From Candidatus Saccharimonadota bacterium (lineage in GTDB: Bacteria; Pseudomonadota; Gammaproteobacteria; Enterobacterales; Enterobacteriaceae): a DNA stretch of 32,000 nucleotides. The DNA is taken from contig NZ_CP046222.1 in NCBI RefSeq assembly GCF_012571795.1, positions 90,819 through 122,818 of the forward strand. The letters run 5' to 3'. The number at the start of each line of letters is the position of its first letter. Position 1 is the stretch's first letter. Of this stretch, positions 18,460-27,849 are shown piece by piece. The position numbers and the translations under genes are program-made. The notes beneath the pieces are model-generated. The model was not told where the DNA came from, ran no database searches, and saw only the letters and a list, made by a program, of their open reading frames with translations.

Positions 18460-19752
18460 ATGTGTAATAAAAAAAATAATATAATAGATATATTAGAACA
18501 ACGTGATATTCTATATCAAATTACTGATAAAACAAATTTATACAAATTATTATTATATAATAATATAAATTTATATTGTGGTTTTGATTTAACAGCAGAT
18601 AGTTTACATATAGGACATCTTATACCTATTATTACTTTAAAATATTTTCAAAAACTTGGTCATAAACCCTATATTATATTAGGAGGTGCTACTAGTTTAA
18701 TAGGTGATCCTAGTTTTAAATCTAAAGAAAGAGAATTTAATTCACTAGATTTAATTAATCAATGGTATAAAAATATTTATTCACAACTATATAATTTTTT
18801 AGAATTTAATAAAAATTATAATTCTGCAGTAATAATTAATAATTATGATTGGTTCAATAAAATAAATATTTTATTTTTTTTAAAAAATATAGGTAAATAT
18901 TTTTATATAAATCAAATGATGCATAAAGATGCAATAAGAAATAGATGTACAAATAATTATAATATTAATGGTATTTCTTTTACAGAATTTTCATATAATT
19001 TATTACAAGCTTATGATTTTTTACATTTAAAAAAACAATTTAATGTTGTATTACAAATAGGCGGATCAGATCAATGGGGAAATATTATATCTGGTATTGA
19101 TCTTATTAAAAAAATTTATAAAGATAAAGTATATGGTTTAACTACAAATTTAATTCTTAAAAGTGATGGTACTAAATTTGGTAAAACAGAAAAAAAAACA
19201 ATATGGTTAGATAAAAAAAAAACAACACCATATACATTTTTTCAGTTTTGGTTAAATATTAGTGACGATATTGTTTATAATTTTTTAACAATGTTTACAG
19301 ATATTGACAAAAAATTAATTCGTAATATGAAATATGATAATAAAAATTCATTAAAAACAAATAGTGCACAATATTTATTAGCTGAATATATGACAAAAAT
19401 GATTCATGGTGAATCAGAATTAATATTAACAAAAAAAATAACAAATTTATTATTTAATAAAAAATTTGAATCTTTATCTAAAGATGATTTCAATTTTTTA
19501 ATAAAAAATAATATACAACACATTATTTTAGAAAATCATACGTATGATATAAAAAAGATTTTAATATTAAGTAATTTTGTTTCTTCTTATAATAAAGCAA
19601 TTAATCTTATTCAATCTAATTCTATTTATATAAATAATAAAATTATTAATGATATAAATTTTATGTTAAATAAAAATATACATGTTAAATTTAATCATTT
19701 TATTTTACTAAAGAAAGGAAAAAAAAATTTTTGTTTAATTTATTGGAAGTAA
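18460..19752 (+). CDS. tyrS: tyrosyl-tRNA synthetase
   Basis: The 430-aa ORF has the class I signatures HIGH (SLHIGHL) and KMSKS-equivalent KFGKT. A C-terminal S4-like region is present. Confidence 0.94.
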   Translation: MCNKKNNIIDILEQRDILYQITDKTNLYKLLLYNNINLYCGFDLTADSLHIGHLIPIITLKYFQKLGHKPYIILGGATSLIGDPSFKSKEREFNSLDLINQWYKNIYSQLYNFLEFNKNYNSAVIINNYDWFNKINILFFLKNIGKYFYINQMMHKDAIRNRCTNNYNINGISFTEFSYNLLQAYDFLHLKKQFNVVLQIGGSDQWGNIISGIDLIKKIYKDKVYGLTTNLILKSDGTKFGKTEKKTIWLDKKKTTPYTFFQFWLNISDDIVYNFLTMFTDIDKKLIRNMKYDNKNSLKTNSAQYLLAEYMTKMIHGESELILTKKITNLLFNKKFESLSKDDFNFLIKNNIQHIILENHTYDIKKILILSNFVSSYNKAINLIQSNSIYINNKIINDINFMLNKNIHVKFNHFILLKKGKKNFCLIYWK

Positions 19753-19800
19753 ATTTTTTAATTATAAAAAATATAAAATAAATATTTTAAAAATTTATTA

Positions 19801-19874
19801 TGCGTTCTAGAGGATTTGAACCTCTGACCTTCACCTTGTCAAGATGATACTCTAACCATCTGAGCTAAGAACGC
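19801..19874 (-). tRNA. tRNA-Val (anticodon GAC), no encoded 3' CCA
   Basis: I folded the reverse complement by hand. Acceptor stem is GCGTTCT/AGAACGC. D arm is GCTC-AGATGGTTA-GAGT. Anticodon stem is TCATC/GGTGA with loop TTGACAA. Variable loop is AGGTC, T arm is AGAGG-TTCAAAT-CCTCT, and the discriminator is A. It resembles E. coli valV/valW-type tRNA. The discriminator is followed by TAA, not CCA. Confidence 0.9.
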
Positions 19875-19914
19875 TAAATTAATGGTATATTTCTATCATA
19901 AAAAATACGAAAAA

Positions 19915-21264
19915 TCAATGTTTTTGTTGTACTATAATAATACGATATATAGTAAGTACTGATGATATAGTTAATGCAACAACAAATCCAACCCAAAAAC
20001 CTGCAGGACCCATAGGATTATTTGTTAATAAATGTGTTAAAGATAAAATATATCCTATAGGTAATCCTATAATCCAATAGGAAAGAAAAGTTATTAAAAA
20101 TATAGATATAGTATCTTTATAACCTTTTAAAATGCCTATTCCTATAATATGTATAGTATCTGGTATTTGATATAATACCGATAACAAAACTAATTTTGAT
20201 GATAAATTAATAATATTAATATCTTGATTATATAAAGATATAATATTTTTTCTAAAATAAATAATAACACTAGAAATTAGTATAGTAATTACCATTCCTA
20301 CTATTTGAGTAATCCAACTAATTTGTTTTGCTTGAATTTTTTTATTATAACCTAAAAAATATCCGATTCTAATAGTAACTGCTGTACTTAAAGAAAAAGC
20401 AATAATAAATATAAATGAACTAATATTTAATGCTATTTGATGGCTAATAATTTGTTCTATACCCATAGAATAAATAAATAAAGATACTATTGTAAATAAT
20501 GTTACTTCAAAAAATATAGAAAGTCCAATAGGTAAACCTAATATCAGTATTTTTTTAAAAATAGTAAAATTAGGTTTAGTTATGAATTTAATAGTAAAAA
20601 TATTTTTAAAAGATTTTGATATAATAAACCATATTAATGCCATAATACACATTATCCAATATATTATTACTATAGATAAACCACATCCTAATCCGCCTAC
20701 TCTTGGTATAAAGTAAAATCCATATATAAACATAAAATTTAAAGGAATATAACACAACATGCCTAGAAAACTTATAATCATCATAGGAATTGTAAATGTT
20801 AATCCTTCAAAAATACAACGTAAAATTTGTAAAAATAAATAAGCTGGTGTTGACCATAAAATTATTTTTAATAAAATAGATACTTTATAAAATAATAAAT
20901 GATGAGTATTCGGTATATATTTTATATATATACTAATTATATATATAATTAACATTATTATAAATGATAATAATATAGATAATAAGTATACTTGATGAAT
21001 TTTATATTTTATATAAATAAAATTCCCTACTCCATATAATTGTGAAATGATAGGTATCAAAGATAATAGAATACCATGTCCTAATAATATTATAGGAAAC
21101 CATATAGATATACTAATAGTAAAAGCAATAATATCTATATTACTAAAATGTCCTAAAATAAGATTATTAATTACATTAATAGATATTTGTGTTATTTGTG
21201 TAAATAATACAGGTATAGCTAGAATAAATAATGCTTTAATTTCTAATAATATTTTTTTATACAT
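19915..21264 (-). CDS. mdtK: MATE family multidrug/cation efflux transporter
   Basis: The 449-aa polytopic ORF is collinear with E. coli MdtK (YdhE/NorM). Examples are ALFILAIPVLFTQITQ versus LLALAIPVILAQIAQ, GILKGYKDT, and PMGPAGFWVGF. It sits next to ribE as in E. coli and ends in TGA. Confidence 0.9.
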   Translation of the reverse strand: MYKKILLEIKALFILAIPVLFTQITQISINVINNLILGHFSNIDIIAFTISISIWFPIILLGHGILLSLIPIISQLYGVGNFIYIKYKIHQVYLLSILLSFIIMLIIYIISIYIKYIPNTHHLLFYKVSILLKIILWSTPAYLFLQILRCIFEGLTFTIPMMIISFLGMLCYIPLNFMFIYGFYFIPRVGGLGCGLSIVIIYWIMCIMALIWFIISKSFKNIFTIKFITKPNFTIFKKILILGLPIGLSIFFEVTLFTIVSLFIYSMGIEQIISHQIALNISSFIFIIAFSLSTAVTIRIGYFLGYNKKIQAKQISWITQIVGMVITILISSVIIYFRKNIISLYNQDINIINLSSKLVLLSVLYQIPDTIHIIGIGILKGYKDTISIFLITFLSYWIIGLPIGYILSLTHLLTNNPMGPAGFWVGFVVALTISSVLTIYRIIIVQQKH

Positions 21265-21362
21265 ATAATCCTTTAAAATATATTATTTTATATATAATTA
21301 TTGTATAATAAAAATTAATTTAATTAAAAATATATTATTTAACTTATATATATAGCTTACAA

Positions 21363-21677
21363 ATGAATATATTTAAACAAATAAAAATACAAATAAAAAC
21401 AAATCCTTTTATTTTATATATGAAAGGAACACCAAATAATCCACAATGTGGTTTTTCAAATAAAACTGTACAAATAATTATGTTATATAATATAAAATGT
21501 AAATATATTGATGTTTTAGAAAATATTGATATTCGTATTTATTTACCAAAATATGCTAATTGGCCAACATTTCCCCAATTATGGGTATATGAAGAATTAA
21601 TAGGTGGATATGATATTATTTCTAGTCTACATAAAGATAATAAATTACATGATATTCTAAAATATAAAAATTTATAA
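21363..21677 (+). CDS. grxD: monothiol glutaredoxin (Grx4)
   Basis: The 104-aa ORF has the CGFS active site (PQCGFSNKT) and the YANWPTFPQLWV block identical in style to E. coli GrxD. Confidence 0.93.
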   Translation: MNIFKQIKIQIKTNPFILYMKGTPNNPQCGFSNKTVQIIMLYNIKCKYIDVLENIDIRIYLPKYANWPTFPQLWVYEELIGGYDIISSLHKDNKLHDILKYKNL

Positions 21678-21681
21678 AATA

Positions 21682-22338
21682 TTATAGATTTTTTACTAAT
21701 TTTATATTATTTAATGGCCAATATCCTATTTTTTTCCATATATTTACTAATTTACAAAATAATATAGCAGTACGATTAGTATCATATAAAGCTGAATGAG
21801 CTTGATTATTGTCAAATGGAATGCCTAAAATTTTACATGATTTTGCTAAAACTGTTTGTCCTAACATTAATCCACTTAAAGTAGCAGTATCAAACATCGC
21901 AAAATTATGAAATGGATTAGTATCTTCCATTTTGATACGTTTGATTGTTTCTATTATAAAACTATGATCAAAACTAGCATTATGTGCTACTAAAATAGCT
22001 TTTTTACAATTATTTTTTTTAACATATTTCCATATTTTACTAAAAATTATAGTAAAAGCTTCATGTTCAGTAATAGCTCCTCGTAAAGCAGAATAAATAT
22101 TAATTTTATTAAAAGTTATAGCATCATGTGAAATATGTGCACCTTTAAAAGGTGAAATATGAAAATGTAATGTTTTATTAATGGATAACCATCCATGTAT
22201 CATTTTTAATGTGATTAAACTAATTTCTAAAATAGCATTTTTTTTAGAATTAAATCCTGAAGTTTCTATGTCAACTACAACAGGGCATAAACCTCTGAAT
22301 CTATGAGACAATAAATCAAATTTAGATAAAATATTCAT
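21682..22338 (-). CDS. rnt: ribonuclease T
   Basis: The 218-aa ORF has DEDDh exonuclease motifs (VVVDIETSGFN, AHNASFDHSF, HSALYD). Strong collinearity with E. coli RNase T extends to the C-terminus. Confidence 0.93.
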   Translation of the reverse strand: MNILSKFDLLSHRFRGLCPVVVDIETSGFNSKKNAILEISLITLKMIHGWLSINKTLHFHISPFKGAHISHDAITFNKINIYSALRGAITEHEAFTIIFSKIWKYVKKNNCKKAILVAHNASFDHSFIIETIKRIKMEDTNPFHNFAMFDTATLSGLMLGQTVLAKSCKILGIPFDNNQAHSALYDTNRTAILFCKLVNIWKKIGYWPLNNIKLVKNL

Positions 22339-22823
22339 ATTTTGATATCTTTTATATTATATATATTTTAAATATTTTATATTATATTTTTAAATATCTT
22401 GCATAATGTATATTATATAATAAAAATTACGTATAAAATTAATGAATTATATTAAATATATAAATTAATATATTAATAAATAAAAAGTATAATTTAAACA
22501 ACATAATTTTATATTTTCTATGATATATTTATACCAAAATTAATCAAAAATTACAAAAACCATAAAAAAATACAAAATAATTCCATATTGTAAAATATTA
22601 CAAAAATAATAAATATTTTTTTAAAAATATTAGATACAAATTAACAATATATTTATAAAATTATTTGATAGATAATATGTATATTATATATTAATAATCA
22701 TTTGAATTTTAATAATATAAAAATTATTAATTATTACATTAATTACTATACTGAATTAGTGTAATATATTATTTAATATAAACAATTATTCAATATTTTT
22801 TATAAAAAAAGATAATAAATATT
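22339..22823. other. 485-bp non-coding, almost pure A+T spacer between divergent rnt and minC (largest non-coding tract in the window)
   Basis: No ORF appears in the six-frame track. An in-frame TAA (22803-22805) closes the minC frame 18 nt upstream of its ATG. Stops are dense in all frames on visual inspection. Confidence 0.85.
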
Positions 22824-23240
22824 ATGGAAAATAATGAAAAACTACAATCTTTAATAAAAATTATTAAACAAAAAAGATCATACAATAATATAGATAATAA
22901 TATTTGTTATGCTAAAAGTATAATTATTAATTATCATATACGTTCTGGGCAACAAATTTATGCTAAATATAGTGATTTAATTGTTGTTAATAATGTTAGT
23001 AATGGCGCTGAATTAATTGCAGATGGTAATATTCATATTTATGGATATATGAGAGGTAAAGCTTTATCAGGGGCAAATGGTGACAAAAATTGTCAAATTT
23101 TTTGTAGTAAACTTTATGCAGAATTAATATCTATAGCGGGAGAATATTTAGTAAAAGATGAAATAGACAAACAATTTATTGGTCAAGCATCCAGAATATT
23201 TTTAAAACGTAATTTAATAACTATAAAACAACTAAGTTAA
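22824..23240 (+). CDS. minC: septum site-determining protein MinC, C-terminal (MinD-binding/dimerisation) domain only
   Basis: The 138-aa ORF compares with 231 aa in E. coli. The block HIRSGQQIYAKYSDLIVVNNVSNGAELIADGNIHIYGYMRGKALSGANGDKNCQIFC...ELISIAGEY matches the E. coli MinC C-terminal beta-helix domain. No N-terminal domain is encoded and no obvious Shine-Dalgarno is present. It could be a functional short MinC or a remnant. Confidence 0.75.
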   Translation: MENNEKLQSLIKIIKQKRSYNNIDNNICYAKSIIINYHIRSGQQIYAKYSDLIVVNNVSNGAELIADGNIHIYGYMRGKALSGANGDKNCQIFCSKLYAELISIAGEYLVKDEIDKQFIGQASRIFLKRNLITIKQLS

Positions 23241-23274
23241 ATAACTTAAATTATATTTTTAAGGTAAATAATAT

Positions 23275-24087
23275 ATGATGCGTATAATTGTAGTAACATC
23301 AGGGAAAGGTGGTGTAGGAAAAACAACTTCTAGTGCTGCTATAGCTATAGGATTAGCACAACAAGGTAAAAAAACCGTTGTCATAGATTTTGATATTGGT
23401 TTGCGTAATTTAGATTTAATTATAGGATGTGAAAAAAGAGTAGTTTATGATTTTATTAATGTTTTACAAGGAGAAACTACTTTACATCAAGCATTAATTA
23501 CAGATAAACATATTGAAAATTTATATATTTTACCTGCATCACAAACAAGAAACAAAAATGCTTTAACATATAAAGGTGTTGAAACAATTTTTAAAAGTTT
23601 TAATATTATGAATTTTGATTTCATTATATGTGATTCTCCAGCTGGTATAGAAACAGGTGCTTTAGTAGCATTATATTTTGCTGATGAAGCTATTATTATA
23701 ACAAATCCTGAAATTTCTTCTATTAGAGATTCAGATAGAATATTAGGTATATTATCTTCTCAATCTAATAGAGCTAAAAATGGTGAAGAACCTATTGTTG
23801 AACATTTATTATTAACAAGATATAATCCTGAAAGAGTATATTGTGGAGATATGTTAAGTTTAGAAGATATTATTGATATTTTAAGAATTAAAATTATTGG
23901 TGTTATACCAGAAGATCCATTAGTATTAAAAGCATCCAATAAAGGTCAAAGTATTATACTTTATAAAAATTCTGAAGCTGCTCAAGCATATAATGATACT
24001 GTTAAACGATTATTAGGTGATAATATACCATTAAGATTTATAAATCAGAAAAGAATGAATTTCTTTAAACGTTTTTTTTGGAAATAA
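23275..24087 (+). CDS. minD: septum site-determining ATPase MinD
   Basis: The 270-aa ORF has the deviant Walker A GKGGVGKT. Long identical runs with E. coli MinD include KTVVIDFDIGLRNLDLI, CDSPAGIETGAL and DSDRILGIL. The C-terminal amphipathic membrane-targeting tail is retained (FFKRFFWK). Confidence 0.97.
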   Translation: MMRIIVVTSGKGGVGKTTSSAAIAIGLAQQGKKTVVIDFDIGLRNLDLIIGCEKRVVYDFINVLQGETTLHQALITDKHIENLYILPASQTRNKNALTYKGVETIFKSFNIMNFDFIICDSPAGIETGALVALYFADEAIIITNPEISSIRDSDRILGILSSQSNRAKNGEEPIVEHLLLTRYNPERVYCGDMLSLEDIIDILRIKIIGVIPEDPLVLKASNKGQSIILYKNSEAAQAYNDTVKRLLGDNIPLRFINQKRMNFFKRFFWK

Positions 24088-24299
24088 AATATGATTAAAA
24101 TTAATTTATTATAAAAAAATAACAAATTATTTTTTAACAAAATTAAATTTAATTACATTATGAAATATTTAAGATTAATATATTAAAATTATACCAATAA
24201 TAGTTCATATTCTTTATGATAAATTCATCATATTTTATAATATATATTATTTTATTACAAAATAATAAATAATAAATAATAACTTTATTAATTTAATAT

Positions 24300-24986
24300 T
24301 TAAAACATATTATTAAGATAATTAGCTTTATATTGTTTGTTTATTATACTATGATTAAGTATAATATTATTAATAATATATATTAAATCATATTTAGAAT
24401 ATGATATTCTATTTAAGTAATGTAATTTTAAATAATGATTTATATATTGTTTTTTAATATTTATTTTAAAAATATTATAATCTATATTAGAAATCATTAA
24501 CCATATTCCTTTTAATGATAAAATTTTACGAATAATATTATTATAATGTAATATACATTCACTATTCTGTCCAATCCATAACCCTTTTTTATTTCTTTTA
24601 TACAAAGCAAAGTATAAATGATGATTATTATATTTTATAATACTAATAATATTAGTAATTTTAGTAATTTGCCAAGCTTGTTCTGCTATAATCATTAAAT
24701 TAGATATGCCAATTTTAGGAATATTTAATGCAAATGATATTCCTTCAATAATTGACATACCAACTCTAATACTGGTAAAATTACCAGGACCTAATGCATA
24801 ACCTAATAAATGTATATCTTTTAAAGATATATTATTTTTGTGTAAAAGTTTATTAATTAATATTAATATAAATTGTGTGTGATTATTAGGACAATACTTA
24901 TTAATATAAGTAAGTATATTATTGATTTTTAATGAAATAGTACAATTCTCATGACAACTATTAATAGTTAGAATATTTTTATACAT
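24300..24986 (-). CDS. tsaB: tRNA N6-threonylcarbamoyladenosine (t6A) synthesis protein TsaB (YeaZ)
   Basis: The 228-aa ORF has the GPGNFTSIRVG motif (GPGSFTGxR in E. coli TsaB) and is collinear in its N-terminal half. The C-terminal half is diverged. Confidence 0.85.
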   Translation of the reverse strand: MYKNILTINSCHENCTISLKINNILTYINKYCPNNHTQFILILINKLLHKNNISLKDIHLLGYALGPGNFTSIRVGMSIIEGISFALNIPKIGISNLMIIAEQAWQITKITNIISIIKYNNHHLYFALYKRNKKGLWIGQNSECILHYNNIIRKILSLKGIWLMISNIDYNIFKINIKKQYINHYLKLHYLNRISYSKYDLIYIINNIILNHSIINKQYKANYLNNMF

Positions 24987-25263
24987 ATATAAATGTTTAT
25001 GTTAAAAAATAAGATTATATATAAAATTATTGTTTTAAGCAAAAATTATGTTATAATTATTTTTAATAAAATATTTATTAATATTTTAAATTAATTATTA
25101 GTAAAACCATATGATATATTCTATCAGATTATATATTTTTATATATACGTCTTTCTATCTATAATAAAGATGTTACTAATTTATATAAAACTATATTTTA
25201 CTAATATAATATGTTATATATAGTGTTTATTATTTCAAAGTTGAAATAATCTTTGAGGTTTCC

Positions 25264-25791
25264 ATGACGACTATAGTTTGTGTAAGAAGAAATGGAGAAG
25301 TTGTTATTGGTGGTGATGGTCAAGCTACACTTGGCAATATTGTAATGAAAGGTAATGTCAAAAAAATTCGTAAATTATATAATAATAAAGTAATAGCAGG
25401 TTTTGCAGGAGGCACAGCAGATGCATTTACTTTATTTGAATTATTTGAACAAAAATTAGAAATGTATCAAGGTAATTTGACTAAATCTGCTGTTGAATTA
25501 GCAAAAGATTGGAGAACAGATAGAATTTTAAGAAAATTAGAAGCATTATTAGTTATTGCTGATAAAATAACATCTTTAATTATTACAGGTATTGGAGATG
25601 TAATACAACCTGAAAATGATATAGTTACTATAGGATCTGGTGGACCATATGCACAAGCATCAGCTCGTGCGTTATTTGACAATACTAATTTAAGTGCATA
25701 TGAAATAGTAAAAAAATCACTTGTTATAGCAGGAGATATTTGTATTTATACAAATCATAATTTTACTATTGAAAAACTATTATCTAAATAA
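25264..25791 (+). CDS. hslV: ATP-dependent protease subunit HslV
   Basis: The 175-aa ORF starts MTTIV, providing the catalytic N-terminal Thr after Met removal. GDGQATLGN and [18 protein letters not shown] are near-identical to E. coli HslV. A GAGG Shine-Dalgarno lies 5 nt upstream. Confidence 0.97.
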   Translation: MTTIVCVRRNGEVVIGGDGQATLGNIVMKGNVKKIRKLYNNKVIAGFAGGTADAFTLFELFEQKLEMYQGNLTKSAVELAKDWRTDRILRKLEALLVIADKITSLIITGIGDVIQPENDIVTIGSGGPYAQASARALFDNTNLSAYEIVKKSLVIAGDICIYTNHNFTIEKLLSK

Positions 25792-25812
25792 AGCATGAGG
25801 AAAATGCTCATT

Positions 25813-27129
25813 ATGTCTGAAATGACCCCACGTGAAATTGTAAATGAATTAGATAAATTTATTATAGGACAAAATAGTGCTAAAAAAGCTGTAGCTATAG
25901 CTTTAAGAAATCGTTGGCGTCGTATGCAATTAGATGAAAATTTAAGGCAAGAAGTTACACCAAAAAATATATTAATGATTGGTCCAACAGGAGTTGGTAA
26001 AACTGAAATAGCACGTCGTTTGGCAAAATTAGCTAATGCTCCATTTATTAAAGTAGAAGCTACAAAATTTACTGAAATTGGTTATGTTGGTAAAGAAGTA
26101 GATTCTATTATTCGTGATTTAACTGATTCTGCAATTAAAATGATTAAAACTCAAGCTTTTAAAAAGAATTGTTATAGAGCAAAAGAAATAGCTGAAGAAA
26201 GAATTATTAATGTTTTATTATTAAATACCACTTGGGATAAAGAACAAAATAAAACATTAATTAGACAAAAATTACTTGTTAAGTTAAGATCAGGTCAATT
26301 AGATAATGAAGTAATTGAAATTAATATATCTAGTACACCTATGGGTGTAGAAATTATGGCACCACCAGGTATGGAAGAAATGACTAATCAATTACAATCA
26401 TTATTTCAAAATTTAGGTGGTAATAAACAAAAAAAAAGAAAATTAAAAATTAAACATGCTTTTAAATTACTTATAGAAGAAGAAGCAAATAAATTAGTAA
26501 ATAATGAAGAAATTAAACAACAAGCAATAGAAGCTGTTGAACAACATGGCATTGTTTTTCTAGATGAAATAGATAAAATTTGTAGAAGAAATACTAATAT
26601 GTCATCTGATATTTCTAGAGAAGGAGTACAACGTGATTTATTACCATTAGTAGAAGGTTGCACAGTATCTACTAAACATGGAATGGTTAAAACTGATCAT
26701 ATATTATTTATTGCATCTGGATCTTTTCAAATTGCTAAACCATCAGATCTTATTCCTGAATTACAAGGTAGATTACCTATTAGAGTAGAATTAAAAGCAT
26801 TAACTACAAATGATTTTGAAAGAATATTAATAGAACCTAATGCATCTATTACAATGCAATATCAATCTTTACTTGCAACAGAACAAGTACATATTAATTT
26901 TACTGCAGATGGCATTAGACGTATTGCAGAATCTGCATGGCAAGTAAATGAAACTACAGAAAATATAGGTGCAAGAAGATTACATACTGTTCTTGAACAT
27001 TTAATGTCTGATATTTCATATAATGCTAGTGAATATAATAATAAAATTATTACCATTGACAAAAATTATGTTAGTAAACATTTAGATACATTAGTTGCTG
27101 ATGAAGATATAAGTAGATATATTTTATAA
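25813..27129 (+). CDS. hslU: ATP-dependent protease ATPase subunit HslU
   Basis: E. coli HslU begins [10 protein letters not shown], and that sequence starts here at the ATG at 25813 (438 aa). The track ORF begins 6 codons earlier, at 25795. Walker A is [15 protein letters not shown]. Conservation is very high throughout. Confidence 0.96.
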   Translation: MSEMTPREIVNELDKFIIGQNSAKKAVAIALRNRWRRMQLDENLRQEVTPKNILMIGPTGVGKTEIARRLAKLANAPFIKVEATKFTEIGYVGKEVDSIIRDLTDSAIKMIKTQAFKKNCYRAKEIAEERIINVLLLNTTWDKEQNKTLIRQKLLVKLRSGQLDNEVIEINISSTPMGVEIMAPPGMEEMTNQLQSLFQNLGGNKQKKRKLKIKHAFKLLIEEEANKLVNNEEIKQQAIEAVEQHGIVFLDEIDKICRRNTNMSSDISREGVQRDLLPLVEGCTVSTKHGMVKTDHILFIASGSFQIAKPSDLIPELQGRLPIRVELKALTTNDFERILIEPNASITMQYQSLLATEQVHINFTADGIRRIAESAWQVNETTENIGARRLHTVLEHLMSDISYNASEYNNKIITIDKNYVSKHLDTLVADEDISRYIL

Positions 27130-27228
27130 AAAATATAAATATTATTTTTATCTTAAATTATTTTGTTGTTCTATGTATTATTTATTTAATTTATAAAATA
27201 TATACATTAATTAATGTATTTCCCATAT

Positions 27229-27849
27229 TTAAAATGAATTTCTTTTTTGTAACATTTGAATAATATCATTTATTTTAATGTTTTGAGATTGTAAAAGTAT
27301 AATTAAATGATATAATAAATCAGATGTTTCTTCTATGATTTCCTGTTTGTTATTATGATTTGCTGCTATAATAGTTTCAATAGCTTCTTCACCAACTTTT
27401 TGAGATATTCTTTTTGTTCCACTTTTATATAAATTATAAGTGTATGATTTAGTTATAGATTTAACATTTTTTCTGTTATTTAAAAATTGTTCTAAAATAT
27501 ATAAAAATGTGAAATTTGGTATCATTGTACTTTTAAAACAACTGTATGTATTTAAATGACATGTTTTATGAATAGGATTAACTAAAATTAATAAAGTATC
27601 TTGATCACAATCAGTTAAGATTGAATCAACCTGTAAAAAATTACCAGAAGTTTCTCCTTTAGTCCATAAAGTATTACGTTTTCTAGAAAAAAATGTTACT
27701 TTTTTATTTTTTAAAGTCATATTTAATGCAATTTTATTCATAAAAGCATGCATTAAAATTTGTCCAGAAATTTTATGCTGTATAATAGTTGGGATTAATC
27801 CATTGGGTTGATCCCAATTTAATTTATTTATATTATTATCAATTAACAT
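27229..27849 (-). CDS. hisI: bifunctional phosphoribosyl-AMP cyclohydrolase / phosphoribosyl-ATP pyrophosphatase
   Basis: The 206-aa ORF has [10 protein letters not shown] in the cyclohydrolase half and [16 protein letters not shown] in the pyrophosphatase half, as in E. coli HisIE. Confidence 0.94.
   Translation of the reverse strand: MLIDNNINKLNWDQPNGLIPTIIQHKISGQILMHAFMNKIALNMTLKNKKVTFFSRKRNTLWTKGETSGNFLQVDSILTDCDQDTLLILVNPIHKTCHLNTYSCFKSTMIPNFTFLYILEQFLNNRKNVKSITKSYTYNLYKSGTKRISQKVGEEAIETIIAANHNNKQEIIEETSDLLYHLIILLQSQNIKINDIIQMLQKRNSF

Noticed and set aside
19915-19917. Possibility of UGA reassignment (UGA=Trp), as in some tiny symbiont genomes.
   Set aside because: All conserved genes translate intact under the standard code. 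Trp positions are encoded by TGG, and TGA terminates hisB at the position expected from the E. coli C-terminus. mdtK also ends at TGA. There is no evidence for recoding.
25084-25263. Candidate sigma-32 heat-shock promoter for hslVU. Two candidates were considered: TTTAAA-N16-CCATAT at about 25085-25112, and TTGAAA at 25241-25246 followed by TCCATGA.
   Set aside because: The first is a weak match (TTAAA rather than CTTGAA, CCATAT rather than CCCCATNT). The second would place the -10 element on the start codon itself. In DNA this AT-rich, promoter-like hexamers are ubiquitous, so I make no promoter calls anywhere in the window.
25467-25682. Antisense ORFs within hslV (25467-25682), hslU (26406-26663 and 26862-27062) and hisA (28839-29243, 134 aa).
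   Set aside because: They overlap highly conserved sense genes and show no motifs or ribosome-binding sites. The 134-aa hisA-antisense frame is long only because the sense strand avoids the complementary triplets. They are not supported as genes.
23275-27129. Visibly higher G+C in minD, hslV and hslU than in neighbours, considered as possible horizontal acquisition.
   Set aside because: These are the most sequence-conserved proteins in the window and are clearly enteric-type. The elevated GC reflects stronger amino-acid constraint resisting AT mutational pressure, not foreign origin.
27202-27219. Perfect 18-bp palindrome ATACATTAATTAATGTAT between convergent hslU and hisI, considered as a bidirectional terminator.
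   Set aside because: The stem is almost entirely A-T, there is no loop and no flanking T-run. A rough estimate suggests one or two 9+9 palindromes are expected by chance in 32 kb of DNA this AT-rich. It is only worth revisiting if Term-seq shows 3' ends here.
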